Source: Alphaproteobacteria bacterium
GTDB lineage: Bacteria > Pseudomonadota > Alphaproteobacteria > JBFXJJ01
DNA length: 64,000 nt
Assembly: GCA_050175015.1 (NCBI GenBank)
Contig: JBFXJJ010000004.1
Coordinates: forward strand, 64,001-128,000
Direction: 5' to 3'
The position numbers were made by a program, and so were the translations under genes. The notes under the pieces are model-generated. The model did not search any database. It saw only the letters and a program-made list of their open reading frames with translations, and was not told the origin of the DNA. Of this stretch, positions 39,594 to 50,875 are shown piece after piece (the stretch's first letter is position 1; each line of letters starts with the position of its first letter).

Positions 39594-40014
39594 TATGCTA
39601 AAATCCTTTTATTTTTTTATTAATGCCAAGGCTTCTTTATTTATTGTTATTATTTCTTAATGAAGCCTTGGCTTTCCACCTTATAAATCTCGTAGAGGTG
39701 TGATGCTAGGAGAAACCTACACGAGAATAGGGGAAAAATATATTAAAAAATCTAAATTATGAAATCTTTTTTAACTACATTTGTTATAATTTTGTATCAA
39801 TACGTTGTCTAGATATTTTTACATTTTTATTAAAATTTGTTACCATATCGTCTCAAATTACAACTTAAAGTATTTAAACTTAGCAGAAACACAACTTAAA
39901 TAGCCAAAAAACTTATCCTAAAGTTTAGCTTTTTTATGATGACTTTTTTTTTAATTGTTGTATTATTTTAACATTCCGTTTTAATAATAATAAAATATAA
40001 AAGAAAATATTAAT

Positions 40015-40929
40015 ATGTTTCTAAGAAAAGTCGGACTACATCAAATTTTTGCCCCTTTCATTGTTGCTTTAAGCATAACAATTATTGAAACTTTGTTTCA
40101 AAAACATAATTTTTTATATAGCTTTCCTCATTGGCTCTTGCGTTTTTTTGTTATCTGGTTTTTTCTCTTTGCATCATCACGAATAGTTAATTCTTTTTTT
40201 CATAAGATAATGAACTTGAAAGACTTCAGAGCTTGTTATCCTATGCGCCTTGTTATAACAAGTTTTTTAGGCTCCTTGTTGATGATTCCGACTTTTCTCT
40301 GGCTTTTTAAAACCCATACAGGGGAAATCTTTTTTCTTTTAAATTACATTCAACCTCAGAATTCTGCTCACAGTGAACTTTTAAGACGTTTTTACATTAT
40401 CGCCTTTGTCGCTCTTCCTTTTTGGACCATTCCTAATTTCAGTTGGTATGCTTATCAAAAAAGGCTAGCCGATATTGTTGTAAAAAAAGAACTTATAAAA
40501 AGGGAAAACAATCCTAATAACAGTGAAAATACCTACAAAAAATTTATCTATAACACTCTTATTTTATCCAAGCCTGCCAATAATGAATATAAAAACTTTG
40601 CAAAGATTATGGGCAAAAAAAATATCCTCGCTGTAAAAGTTAATGATAACAATGAAGTTTTAGTTTATACTAATCAAGATGTGAAAACGATAAAAGGGAA
40701 AGCCTACTTCATCATTAACAAAATTAAAAACGATGGAGGAGTTCAGCTTGGGGATAAATTATGGGTCAAACCAGATGCTATTGTCGAAATGAAACCTGTA
40801 AAAAATGGACATGGCATCATTTTATCAAGTGGTCACGTTATCAATATGCCCAGCGCTTCATTAAAAGCCTCATTACCCAAACGCCTAGTAGAGAGAGCTT
40901 TAGATGACCAACAAAGACAAAGAGCCTGA
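40015..40929 (+). CDS. Membrane protein with a C-terminal LytTR-like domain
   Basis: Four N-terminal TM segments; ILAVK..EVLVYT..GVQL..LWV..DAI..IILSSG pattern. Confidence 0.7.
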   Translation: MFLRKVGLHQIFAPFIVALSITIIETLFQKHNFLYSFPHWLLRFFVIWFFLFASSRIVNSFFHKIMNLKDFRACYPMRLVITSFLGSLLMIPTFLWLFKTHTGEIFFLLNYIQPQNSAHSELLRRFYIIAFVALPFWTIPNFSWYAYQKRLADIVVKKELIKRENNPNNSENTYKKFIYNTLILSKPANNEYKNFAKIMGKKNILAVKVNDNNEVLVYTNQDVKTIKGKAYFIINKIKNDGGVQLGDKLWVKPDAIVEMKPVKNGHGIILSSGHVINMPSASLKASLPKRLVERALDDQQRQRA

Positions 40930-41434
40930 TATTAATCAGCCAGATAACATTAAACCTGCGGTTAATCCTAAAATTATTGAATTAATAAAAGGATTAAACA
41001 TTAGCTCAACAACCCTGCTCTCTACCGATTATCTTAACCATTTTAATGAAATTATTATGATGATTGCAATGATAGGCGAAATGCCAGATATCATTGAAGA
41101 GTGTAAAGAATGGCAGCCTAAAAGCTATATCCAACATTTCACAGATACATCTTTATCTTACCGTTTTATTGCTATTGAATTATATCGTGCTGTACCCAAG
41201 AAAAATCTCGATGCTTTTGAACAAGCTATTGAACAAACAAATAATGCTATCTTTCAAACTGTAGAAAGACTTGAACTTGCTATTAGTAATGGGGCGACTC
41301 CTGAGGAACTTACTCAGAAAGCTATGGTTGCCCAAAAAGCTCTGCAAACCCTTACTGAAATTATAAGCAGCATTATCCATGGCGCAGAAAAAGCCTTATC
41401 TCAAAGTGAAATTGATAAGCTGATTACTTTCTAA
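40904..41434 (+). CDS. Conserved hypothetical protein
   Basis: LSTDYLNHFNEIIMMI motif; C-terminal QSEIDKL. Confidence 0.75.
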   Translation: MTNKDKEPDINQPDNIKPAVNPKIIELIKGLNISSTTLLSTDYLNHFNEIIMMIAMIGEMPDIIEECKEWQPKSYIQHFTDTSLSYRFIAIELYRAVPKKNLDAFEQAIEQTNNAIFQTVERLELAISNGATPEELTQKAMVAQKALQTLTEIISSIIHGAEKALSQSEIDKLITF

Positions 41435-41469
41435 AATTTTACTTTCAAATAGTTCTAATACATACAAAA

Positions 41470-41509
41470 AAACCCAAATAGCTAAAAATAATTTTAAACT
41501 ATTTGGGTT
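41470..41509. terminator. Hairpin/terminator between convergent genes
   Basis: aacccaaatag...ctatttgggtt. Confidence 0.6.
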
Positions 41510-41544
41510 ATATAATTTTAGTAAAACACACCTTTAGTGCATAA

Positions 41545-42492
41545 TTATGATAAGCGTCCTATCTGCAAAAACTTATCACGTCTTCTAGTCTTTAGCATAC
41601 CGCCTTTAACGTCGATAAATTTTTCCAAGTATTTATAAACGGTATCGCCTACAGCTTGAATAGCTGCTTCAGGATCTCTATGGGCGCCGCCAAGAGGCTC
41701 TTTAATAATTTCATCAATTATGCCAAGTTCTTTTAAATCCTGAGCCGTCATTTTTAAAGCTTCAGCCGCATCTTTGGTATTTTCTGATGAACGCCATAAA
41801 ATAGAGGCACAGCCTTCTGGAGAAATAACAGAATAAATAGAATGTTCCAACATCAAAACAGCATTAGCTCCAGCTATCGCAATAGCTCCGCCAGAACCAC
41901 CTTCGCCAATAATACAAGAAATAACAGGAACCTTTAAAGAAAAGCAGGTTTCGATACAGCGAGCAATAGCCTCAGATTGACCACGAGCCTCAGCTTCAAC
42001 GCCAGGATAAGCACCAGCAGTGTCAACAAAAGTCAAAACAGGAATGGAGAATCTATTAGCAAGATCCATTAATCTTTGAGCTTTACGATAACCTTCAGGC
42101 TTAGCCATACCAAAATTATATTTCACACGGCTCTCAGTATCATTTCCTTTTTCTTGTCCAAGAACGACAACAGAATGACCGCGAAAACGCCCTATTCCTC
42201 CTACCATAGCCATATCATCAGCAAAACATCTATCACCAGCAAGAGGAACAAAGTCTTCAATTAAAGCTTTAATATAATCTTTGCAATGAGGACGAGCTGG
42301 GTGTCTAGCAATTTGAGCTTTTTGCCAAGGCGTAAGCTTAGTATAAATTGATTTTAAAAGTTTATTTAATTTGGTTTGAAGTCTGGAAACTTCTTCCGAA
42401 ATTTTAATCCCATCATCTTCTACAAGATGCTTTAGACCTTCTATTTTATTTTCTAATTCGGCTATTGGTTTTTCAAAATCTAAAGTATTCAT
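41545..42492 (-). CDS. accA: Acetyl-CoA carboxylase carboxyltransferase subunit alpha
   Basis: LDFEKPI, PEGYRKA, DTAGAYPG, GEGGSGGA, VISPEG. Confidence 0.98.
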   Translation of the reverse strand: MNTLDFEKPIAELENKIEGLKHLVEDDGIKISEEVSRLQTKLNKLLKSIYTKLTPWQKAQIARHPARPHCKDYIKALIEDFVPLAGDRCFADDMAMVGGIGRFRGHSVVVLGQEKGNDTESRVKYNFGMAKPEGYRKAQRLMDLANRFSIPVLTFVDTAGAYPGVEAEARGQSEAIARCIETCFSLKVPVISCIIGEGGSGGAIAIAGANAVLMLEHSIYSVISPEGCASILWRSSENTKDAAEALKMTAQDLKELGIIDEIIKEPLGGAHRDPEAAIQAVGDTVYKYLEKFIDVKGGMLKTRRRDKFLQIGRLS

Positions 42493-42698
42493 TATCGAAA
42501 TTTTTCCATAATTTTTATTGTTTATATAGTTTAATTTGACGCAATTATAGTATTCTGTCTTTTTTTAATCCACAAAAAACTTTAAAACTTCAAATTGAAT
42601 AGCATAACTTTTAAAAAAAACTACATTTTTTTTTAGAATTATAATAGCCTAAAGTATGAAGTTTCAAATTTTAATGCTATTTATATGGGTAGAATGAC

Positions 42699-44072
42699 GT
42701 GCTAAAAGTTTTAATCTTATTTAGTTTTTTAACAGCGGTTTCTTGTTCTTGGCTGATAAGCGCTGGCTATTATCTTTATTATAGTATTGGTATTGACAAT
42801 TTTTTATCGCTCAACCCCTCTGACTTAGCTTTATATATCTGTGCTATTATGGCTCCTATCGCTGTTATATGGCTTATTACAGGTTTCACACATCATATTT
42901 TTTCTGTCAGATATCAAAACAACCTATCAACTACTCTTCTTTATCAGGCTAGACGTTCTTCGGAACATACTGAGGCTTTAGTTAAGTCTATGCTTGAAAT
43001 TCAAGACCAAACTAAAAGCGGGGTTCTTTTACATAATATTCCAATTGCCATTAACAACCTAAACGAAATTATGGCTCAAATTGCTTTGCGTTTTGGTTTT
43101 TTAACTAGCGATGCTACTGAAAGCCTTTGGATAAAAGTCAAAAACGGCAATCTTTGGGCTTTTTGCCGTGTGATTATAGACAACGCGGCTAGAACTAGAA
43201 ACTTTGAATCTCTTCTTTTAAAACAAACTCTAAAAGATGAAACTCTAGCTTCTGCTATCATAGAATTTTGCAAACGATTTAAGCGTCTTAAAGGAATTCT
43301 ATCAAAACATGATAAAGAAAGTTTTTTAAGTGAAATTATTGAAGATGGTTCTTTGGGAAAAGTTTATGCCTTAATTAGTCCTGTTTTAAAGACCATTTCA
43401 CCAAAATCCGCTGATATTGATACTAATGATGACAAATCAAAGGAAACGGAAAGCCAAGCTTCTGAAACAGCTAGCAATGAAGAAAAATATGCTTTCTTTA
43501 AAAGTAATTTTACCAAACACGATACTTTAAATAATGATGAACATACCGATAGCAGTCTCTTTTCCGTAAAGGCTAATATCAGAACGATTGATGATTTTAG
43601 CGATGATAATAACGACGAAGTTGAAACTAAGGTCGAAACCGAAGATAAAAATCATAATGATGATGTTGACGACTCAAATGATATTGCAAATAGTTCAGAA
43701 AATGACCCTGAAAAAGATTTACCTCAGGGCATGCAGATGTCATCAAATACACCTTACAATATTTCCCCAGCTTTCTCCTCATCACCTTTCGACTATGAGA
43801 AGGAAAAAAACACTGAAATTAGTCGCTATAGTGATGAATCTGATAATGTTGCTAAAGATTATAAAAAAGAACAAGCTTATGAAACAAATTATGACTTGCC
43901 AAAACGTGAGATTTTTCTTGAGACCGAAGAAAATGAAGTAACAAACCAAGAAGAAGAGCAAGAAAATGAAAAAGAAGCTGCATTTAAAACCGATTTTTCC
44001 TATTGGGGATTAGATACTTCAGAATACAGCAGTGAAAAACAAACCTCAAAACTTCCTAAAGATGGGTTTTAA
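42699..44072 (+). CDS. Hypothetical membrane protein with an acidic disordered C-terminus
   Basis: Two N-terminal TM segments, helical middle, D/E/N/S-rich tail. Confidence 0.75.
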   Translation: MLKVLILFSFLTAVSCSWLISAGYYLYYSIGIDNFLSLNPSDLALYICAIMAPIAVIWLITGFTHHIFSVRYQNNLSTTLLYQARRSSEHTEALVKSMLEIQDQTKSGVLLHNIPIAINNLNEIMAQIALRFGFLTSDATESLWIKVKNGNLWAFCRVIIDNAARTRNFESLLLKQTLKDETLASAIIEFCKRFKRLKGILSKHDKESFLSEIIEDGSLGKVYALISPVLKTISPKSADIDTNDDKSKETESQASETASNEEKYAFFKSNFTKHDTLNNDEHTDSSLFSVKANIRTIDDFSDDNNDEVETKVETEDKNHNDDVDDSNDIANSSENDPEKDLPQGMQMSSNTPYNISPAFSSSPFDYEKEKNTEISRYSDESDNVAKDYKKEQAYETNYDLPKREIFLETEENEVTNQEEEQENEKEAAFKTDFSYWGLDTSEYSSEKQTSKLPKDGF

Positions 44073-44077
44073 TTATT

Positions 44078-44854
44078 ATGATGCTTGATGCCAAAATTGT
44101 TCACTGCGCAGAAGAAATGGTTGATGCCGCTGGCACTGTTATAAAAAAATACTTCCGCCAACCTTTAGAGGCCGATGATAAACCCGACAACTCTCCTGTA
44201 ACCAAAGCCGACAAGGAAAGTGAAACGGTTATAAGAAATCTTATTGAAAAACATTTTCCTAGCCACGGAATAATTGGAGAAGAGTTTGGTTCCATAAACG
44301 AAGGGAACGACTGGGTATGGGTAATTGATCCCATTGACGGAACCAAGGCATTTATAAGCGGCAAGCCCTCTTTTGGAACACTTTTAGCCTTAACTTTTGC
44401 AGGCAATCCCGTTTTAGGAATTATAAACCAGCCGATAACAAATGAGCGCTGGCTTGGCATTACAGGTCAAGAAACTCTGTTTAACGGCAATCCTGTTAAA
44501 ACAAGAAAATGCCCAAATATCAAACAAGCAAGTCTTTATGCCACTGAACCCGAAATGTTTAATGGTGATGATAAAACGGCTTTTAACAACTTGTCTTCGC
44601 AAGTAAAAATGACAAGATTCGGTGCTGATTGTTATGCCTATGGACTGCTTGCTATGGGATTTATTGATATTGTCTGCGAAGCTTCGCTAAAACGTCACGA
44701 TTTTATGGCTATGCGCCCTATCATTGAAGGAGCTGGCGGAGTCATAACCGACTGGCAGGGCAAGGAGCTTAACATCAACAGCCAGACAGGAAAAGTTATT
44801 GCTATTGGTGACAAAGCGCTACTTGCATTATCTTTAGAATCTTTGGCGGTATAA
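44078..44854 (+). CDS. hisN: Histidinol-phosphatase (inositol monophosphatase family)
   Basis: GEEFG, WVIDPIDGTKAF, DCYAYGLLA. Confidence 0.9.
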   Translation: MMLDAKIVHCAEEMVDAAGTVIKKYFRQPLEADDKPDNSPVTKADKESETVIRNLIEKHFPSHGIIGEEFGSINEGNDWVWVIDPIDGTKAFISGKPSFGTLLALTFAGNPVLGIINQPITNERWLGITGQETLFNGNPVKTRKCPNIKQASLYATEPEMFNGDDKTAFNNLSSQVKMTRFGADCYAYGLLAMGFIDIVCEASLKRHDFMAMRPIIEGAGGVITDWQGKELNINSQTGKVIAIGDKALLALSLESLAV

Positions 44855-44861
44855 AAATTAT

Positions 44862-46712
44862 ATGAAAAAACTGTCGCTTATAATTTTATGCTTATTATTT
44901 TTTAATATAAATACCTGCTTGGCTTCTTCTAATAACATTAAAGCTGTACACGCAATAGCTATGAGAGGAACCCCCAAATATGGTGCCGATTTTAAGCATT
45001 TTGATTATATGAATCCTAATGCGCCCAAAGGCGGCAGCCTAAAAATGGCAATGCTTGAGAGCTTTGATAACTTTAACCCCTACATTATGAAAGGCGACAG
45101 CCCCTCAGGTATCGAACTTTTATTTGATAGCTTAACTATATCTTCCGACGATGAGCCTTTTACTCAATATGGTTTAATCGCAGAATCAATAAAAATGCCT
45201 CAAGACCGTTCGTGGGTTGGCTTTAATATCAGAAGAGAGGCTAAATTTCACGATGGAGTCCCAATAACCGCTGATGATGTTGTCTTCTCCTTTAATACCT
45301 TAAGAGAAAAAGGAACTCCTTTTTACCGTTTTTATTATGCTGGGGTTAAAAGCGTAAAAGCTGTTAGCAAAAATTATGTCCGCTTCGATTTTTCAGACAG
45401 CAGCAATCACGAACTGCCATTAATTATCGGTCAAATGCCTATACTTCCTAAGCATTACTGGCAAGATAAAGAGTTTGAACAAACAACATTAACGCCCCCG
45501 CTGGGCAGCGGCCCTTACCTGATTGCTGATTTTGAAACAGGACGATATATAACTTATAACCGTATTAAAGACTATTGGGCTAAAGACCTCCCTGTTAATG
45601 TCGGGCGCTATAATTTTGATACTATTAGGTATGATGTTTACCGAGATACTGCGGTTGCCGTTAAAGCCTTTCTTTCTGGAAACTTTGATATAAGAAGAGA
45701 AAACGAAGCCAAACGCTGGGCTGTTTCTTATAATACCCCAGCCATCAAAGATGGTGAAATTATAAAAAGAGAATTCAAACACGGTATGGCAAGTGGAATG
45801 CAAGGGTTTGTCTTTAATATCAGACGTCCCCTATTTTCTGACAAGAGAGTGAGAGAAGCCTTGTCTTATGCTCTTGATTTTGATTGGTCTAACAAAATTT
45901 TATTTTACAATCAATACGTTAGAACAAAAAGTTACTTTGATAATTCCAGTTTAGCCTCTTCAGGTTTGCCATCAACTGAAGAATTAAAGCTGCTTAACCC
46001 TTTAAAAAAAGACATTCCCCAAAAAGTTTTCACTCAAGAATATCAGCCGCCATCTTCTGACGGCAGTGGTTACATTAGAGATAATTTAAAAAAAGCCTTA
46101 AAACTTCTAAACGATGCAGGCTGGAATTTAAAGAATGGTCAAATGATAAACAGTGAGACTGGCGAAGCTTTAGAGTTCGAGATTTTAAACTATTCATCTG
46201 CCAGCGCAGCTTGGGAGAGAATCTGTTTACCTTTTATCAAAAACTTAAGCAAAATTGGGGTTACTGCTAAATTTAGATCGGTTGATGTTAATCTTTACAT
46301 CAATCGCTTAAGAAGTTTTGACTTTGATGTAACAGTTGGCGTTTTTCCGCAATCGTTATCTCCAGGCAATGAACAAACCGAATTTTTTGGAAGCGAGGCA
46401 GCAAACCGTGAAGGCAGCCGTAATTATATTGGCGTTGCCAATAAAGCTGTTGATGCCCTTATTTCTAAAATCATCACCGCAACTAGTGAAAAAGAACTAG
46501 AAACCGCCACCAAAGCCTTAGATCGTGTTTTGTTATGGAACTTTTATGTTATTCCAAATTGGCATATTCCTTATGATAGAATTGCCTATTGGAATAAATT
46601 TGGCATTCCAGACGGCTTTAGAATAACAATGCCCGATATTATGAGTTGGTGGAGCAAAGACGCTAATCTTGCAAATCCTAATTTAGAAGCAGAAAAAAGC
46701 GAGGATAAATAA
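44862..46712 (+). CDS. yejA: Yej-type peptide ABC transporter substrate-binding protein
   Basis: [31 protein letters not shown]. Confidence 0.92.
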   Translation: MKKLSLIILCLLFFNINTCLASSNNIKAVHAIAMRGTPKYGADFKHFDYMNPNAPKGGSLKMAMLESFDNFNPYIMKGDSPSGIELLFDSLTISSDDEPFTQYGLIAESIKMPQDRSWVGFNIRREAKFHDGVPITADDVVFSFNTLREKGTPFYRFYYAGVKSVKAVSKNYVRFDFSDSSNHELPLIIGQMPILPKHYWQDKEFEQTTLTPPLGSGPYLIADFETGRYITYNRIKDYWAKDLPVNVGRYNFDTIRYDVYRDTAVAVKAFLSGNFDIRRENEAKRWAVSYNTPAIKDGEIIKREFKHGMASGMQGFVFNIRRPLFSDKRVREALSYALDFDWSNKILFYNQYVRTKSYFDNSSLASSGLPSTEELKLLNPLKKDIPQKVFTQEYQPPSSDGSGYIRDNLKKALKLLNDAGWNLKNGQMINSETGEALEFEILNYSSASAAWERICLPFIKNLSKIGVTAKFRSVDVNLYINRLRSFDFDVTVGVFPQSLSPGNEQTEFFGSEAANREGSRNYIGVANKAVDALISKIITATSEKELETATKALDRVLLWNFYVIPNWHIPYDRIAYWNKFGIPDGFRITMPDIMSWWSKDANLANPNLEAEKSEDK

Positions 46713-46713
46713 G

Positions 46714-47829
46714 ATGAAATATTATCTTTTAAAAAGGCTTTTGCTGATTCCTTTTACTCTCTTTGGAATTATGCTGCTTAATTTTGTTTTTATTCAGCTG
46801 GCACCAGGCGGACCGGTTGAAAGAGTTATCGCCTCGTTAGAAGGTTTTGATGATGCGGCGACGGCTCGGTTATCAGGAAATGCCTCAGGAAGCTCCGAGA
46901 CTATGCGGACAGGAAATCGCAAGATGAGCGCCTCTTCTTCAAGCAAATATCGAGGAGCCGAAGGGATTAATCCTGAGTTTATTGCCGAGCTAGAAAAACG
47001 CTTTGGTTTTGATAAGCCTTTACATACTCGTTTTTTCATTATGCTCAAAAACTATTTAAAATTTGATTTTGGCAGCAGTTTTTACCGTGATACTGGCGTT
47101 ATCGACCTTATAATTTCTAAGCTTCCTGTATCTATATCTCTTGGTTTATGGTCAACATTATTAATCTATTTAATATCAATTCCGCTGGGCATAACAAAGG
47201 CCGTTCGAGACGGATCTCGCTTCGACATCGCCAGCAGTTGGTTTATTACCATAGGTTATGCGGTGCCTTCTTTCCTTTTTGCAATCTTTTTAATCGTGCT
47301 TTTCTGCGGCGGTAGCTATCTGCAATGGTTTCCTTTAAAAGGATTAACATCTGATGACTGGGACAGGTTTTCAACTTTTCACAAAATTACCGATTATTTC
47401 TGGCATATTGCACTTCCTGTAACCGCAATGACTATTGGCGGCTTTGCAGGGCTTACAATGCTGACTAAAAATTCTTTTGTTGAAGAAATTCACAAACAAT
47501 ATGTCATAACAGCAAGAGCAAAGGGACTTTCAGAAAAACGAGTTTTATACTGCCACGTTTTCCGCAATGCAATGCTGCTCGTAATTGCTGGTTTTCCATC
47601 ACTTATAATATCTATGCTTTTTACAGGGTCGGTTTTAATTGAAATTATCTTTTCTTTAGACGGCATTGGTCTTTTAGGATATGAAGCCGTTATGAATCGT
47701 GATTATCCTATAATCTTTGGAACGCTTTATCTCTTTGGTTTAATTGGTCTTATTCTTAATCTTGTTTGTGATTTAACCTATCATTTAATCGATCCTCGAA
47801 TTGATTTTAGCAAAAAAGAGGTTAGATAA
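46714..47829 (+). CDS. yejB: Yej-type ABC transporter permease
   Basis: [22 protein letters not shown]. Confidence 0.93.
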   Translation: MKYYLLKRLLLIPFTLFGIMLLNFVFIQLAPGGPVERVIASLEGFDDAATARLSGNASGSSETMRTGNRKMSASSSSKYRGAEGINPEFIAELEKRFGFDKPLHTRFFIMLKNYLKFDFGSSFYRDTGVIDLIISKLPVSISLGLWSTLLIYLISIPLGITKAVRDGSRFDIASSWFITIGYAVPSFLFAIFLIVLFCGGSYLQWFPLKGLTSDDWDRFSTFHKITDYFWHIALPVTAMTIGGFAGLTMLTKNSFVEEIHKQYVITARAKGLSEKRVLYCHVFRNAMLLVIAGFPSLIISMLFTGSVLIEIIFSLDGIGLLGYEAVMNRDYPIIFGTLYLFGLIGLILNLVCDLTYHLIDPRIDFSKKEVR

Positions 47830-48857
47830 TGTTTGATTTTTCACCACTTACTAAGCGCCGTATTCATAATTTCAAGGCAAACAAAAGAGGATATATCTCT
47901 CTTGTGGTTTTTATGATTTTAGCTTTACTTTCGTGCCTTGCCGAATTAATTGCGAATGACAAGCCTCTTTTCATAAGGTATCAACATCATAATTACTTCC
48001 CTATCTTATCTGATTATTATGACAGCGATTTTGGCGGCGACTTTGAAGCGGCTGTTGATTATAAAGACCCCTTTATAATTAATAACATTAATCAAAATGG
48101 CGTTATAATCTGGACACCAATAAAATACAGTTACGATACAATCAACTTTGACCTCGAAAAACCAGCGCCATCGGCTCCTTCGCTTAAGCATCTTTTAGGA
48201 ACCGATGACTTAGGAAGAGACGTTTTAGCCCGTTTAATATACGGTTTTAGAATTTCAATTATTTTTGGCTTGGTTTTAACATTATTATCAACTTTGATTG
48301 GCGTTTTTGCAGGAGCCGTTCAAGGATATTTTGGCGGCAAAATAGACTTAGTTCTTCAGCGCCTTATTGAAATTTGGGATTCTCTGCCGCAGCTTTTTAT
48401 CTTAATTATTATTTCAAGCATCTTGGTTCCTGGATTCTGGACATTGCTCCTGATTATTTTGATGTTTCGCTGGACATCTCTAGTTGGGGTTGTCAGAGCA
48501 GAATTTCTAAGAGGACGCAACTTCGATTATGTAAGAGCCGCTAGAGCTTTAGGCGTTTCTGATACTAAAATAATTATAAAGCACGTACTCCCTAACGCTA
48601 TGATTGCCACCATAACATTTATGCCTTTCATTTTGTCTGCGGCAATTACATCACTCACAGCGCTTGATTTCTTAGGACTTGGGCTTCCGTCAGGCTCTCC
48701 GTCTCTGGGGGATTTACTGCGGCAAGGAAAAGAAAATTTAGAAGCTCCTTGGCTCGGGCTAACTGGTTTCTTTTCATTAGCGGTTATGTTGACGCTGCTT
48801 GTCTTTATTGGAGAAGCTGTCAGAGATGCCTTCGATCCTAGAAAAAATAATGCGTAA
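47829..48857 (+). CDS. yejE: Yej-type ABC transporter permease
   Basis: ANDKPL, LGTDDLGRD, GEAVRDAFDPR. Confidence 0.93.
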   Translation: MFDFSPLTKRRIHNFKANKRGYISLVVFMILALLSCLAELIANDKPLFIRYQHHNYFPILSDYYDSDFGGDFEAAVDYKDPFIINNINQNGVIIWTPIKYSYDTINFDLEKPAPSAPSLKHLLGTDDLGRDVLARLIYGFRISIIFGLVLTLLSTLIGVFAGAVQGYFGGKIDLVLQRLIEIWDSLPQLFILIIISSILVPGFWTLLLIILMFRWTSLVGVVRAEFLRGRNFDYVRAARALGVSDTKIIIKHVLPNAMIATITFMPFILSAAITSLTALDFLGLGLPSGSPSLGDLLRQGKENLEAPWLGLTGFFSLAVMLTLLVFIGEAVRDAFDPRKNNA

Positions 48858-48872
48858 GGGAATTTATAACTT

Positions 48873-50480
48873 ATGAATACAACTTCCAAATTATTAGAAA
48901 TTTCTAACCTCTACGTATCTTTCGATAAAGGAAACAAAGAAATTGAAGCCGTAAAGGGAATAACTCTTAATGTTGAAAGAGGCGAAGCTGTTGGAATCGT
49001 GGGTGAAAGCGGCTCGGGTAAATCTGTTACCGCATTATCTATCCTCAAACTTCTGCCTTATCCCTATGCTTGGCATAAAGATGGAAGTATAAAATTTAAA
49101 GATAACGATTTACTAAACGCCTCGGATAAAACTATAAGAGCAATTAGAGGCGATAAAATTGCTATGATTTTTCAAGAACCAATGACATCGCTTAATCCCC
49201 TGCGCAGCATTGAAAAGCAAATTTCAGAAGTTCTTGAAATTCATAAAGGGATAAAGGGTAAAGAAGCCCGAAAAAGAGTTTTAGAGCTTTTAGAAAAAGT
49301 AGGGCTAAATGAAGCCGAGAGCAGATTAAAAGCCCTTCCTCACGAACTATCAGGAGGACAGCGCCAGCGAGTAATGATTGCTATGGCTCTGGCGGGAGAA
49401 CCTGAACTTTTAATCGCAGATGAACCGACAACCGCTTTAGATGTTACCATTCAGGCACAAATCATTGAGCTTTTATTAAAATTAAAAGAAGAGATGAATA
49501 TGGCTCTAATTTTAATAACTCACGATTTATCGTTAGTAAAAAAAGCCACAACCAAGCTTTATCTTATGAAAAACGGCAAGATTGTTGAAACAGGCAAAAC
49601 CAAAGATGTCTTGACCAATCCCAGACACGAATACACCAAACGTCTAATCGCATCTGTTCCCAAAGGCGAACCACTTAACGTCTCTTTAGATTCCGAGCTT
49701 CTTCTCAAAACAGATAAACTTAATGTCCATTTTCCCTTAAAGAAAAATTTTTGGGGCAAACCACTTAGCTATATCAAAGCTGTAAATGACATAGACTTAA
49801 ATCTAAAACAGGGAACGACTTTAGGATTAGTCGGGGAAAGCGGCTCAGGTAAAACCACGCTTGGGCTTGCCTTAATGAGGCTTATTTCTAGCAAAGGCAC
49901 CGTTGTTTTTAATAGCAGCAACTTAAGCAACCTTGGTTTTAAAAAACTAAAACCATTTCGCAAAGATATGCAGATTGTTTTCCAAGATCCTTTTGGTTCT
50001 TTAAGCCCCCGTATGAGTATTGGCGATATTGTTACCGAAGGTTTAGCCGTTCACAAAATTGGACTAAATCACCAAGAACGATTAAAAATCGCTGCCAATG
50101 TCCTAGAAGAAGTTGGGCTGGATAAAAGTGCTTTAAACCGCTATCCTCACGAATTCTCAGGTGGTCAACGCCAAAGAATTTCTATGGCAAGAGCTCTTAT
50201 TTTAAAACCAAAGCTTATCATTTTTGATGAACCAACATCAGCCCTAGATGTTTCTATCCAAGCTCAGATAATTGACTTATTAAAAACTTTGCAGAACAAA
50301 TACAACCTAACTTATATTTTTATCAGCCACGATTTAAAGGTTGTTAAGGCTTTGGCTCACGAAATCGCTATTATGAAAGATGGTAAAATTATAGAGTTTG
50401 GAACATCTTTTGAGGTTTTTAAAAATCCCAAAAACGATTATACTAAAAATTTAATTGCTTCGGCTTTTGATTTTGTTTGA
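48873..50480 (+). CDS. yejF: Yej-type ABC transporter ATPase (two NBDs)
   Basis: Two GESGSGK and two SGGQRQR motifs. Confidence 0.93.
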   Translation: MNTTSKLLEISNLYVSFDKGNKEIEAVKGITLNVERGEAVGIVGESGSGKSVTALSILKLLPYPYAWHKDGSIKFKDNDLLNASDKTIRAIRGDKIAMIFQEPMTSLNPLRSIEKQISEVLEIHKGIKGKEARKRVLELLEKVGLNEAESRLKALPHELSGGQRQRVMIAMALAGEPELLIADEPTTALDVTIQAQIIELLLKLKEEMNMALILITHDLSLVKKATTKLYLMKNGKIVETGKTKDVLTNPRHEYTKRLIASVPKGEPLNVSLDSELLLKTDKLNVHFPLKKNFWGKPLSYIKAVNDIDLNLKQGTTLGLVGESGSGKTTLGLALMRLISSKGTVVFNSSNLSNLGFKKLKPFRKDMQIVFQDPFGSLSPRMSIGDIVTEGLAVHKIGLNHQERLKIAANVLEEVGLDKSALNRYPHEFSGGQRQRISMARALILKPKLIIFDEPTSALDVSIQAQIIDLLKTLQNKYNLTYIFISHDLKVVKALAHEIAIMKDGKIIEFGTSFEVFKNPKNDYTKNLIASAFDFV

Positions 50481-50554
50481 TAGTTTGTTTGCTAAAGCTA
50501 TAAAAATGATATAATTATGATAATACTTTTTAGGATTTTTTAAGGAATATTCTT

Positions 50555-50836
50555 ATGAGCGAAGAAATAACTGCAATCCAGCAAAATTTTAATCACCCAG
50601 CTATTTACAATGTAAGAATAAATCTTTCGGTTGTACTTGGATCGGCTAACCTTAGAGTTCATCAGCTTCTTAAACTCGGACGTGGTGCAGTCGTTGAGCT
50701 TGAACGTAAAGCAAACGAACCTGTTGAGGTCTTTGCCAACGATATTCTCGTCGCTAAAGGTGAAGTCGTGATTACTGGAGACGATATGATTGGAGTTACG
50801 TTGACCGACCTTGTTTCTTCATCAAAAGATCTTTAA
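50555..50836 (+). CDS. FliN/FliM C-terminal (SpoA) family protein
   Basis: LSVVLG..LLKLGRGAVVEL..AKGEVV. Confidence 0.88.
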   Translation: MSEEITAIQQNFNHPAIYNVRINLSVVLGSANLRVHQLLKLGRGAVVELERKANEPVEVFANDILVAKGEVVITGDDMIGVTLTDLVSSSKDL

Positions 50837-50875
50837 AAAAATTAAATCAATAAAAAATCAATAAGGTACTTTGCT

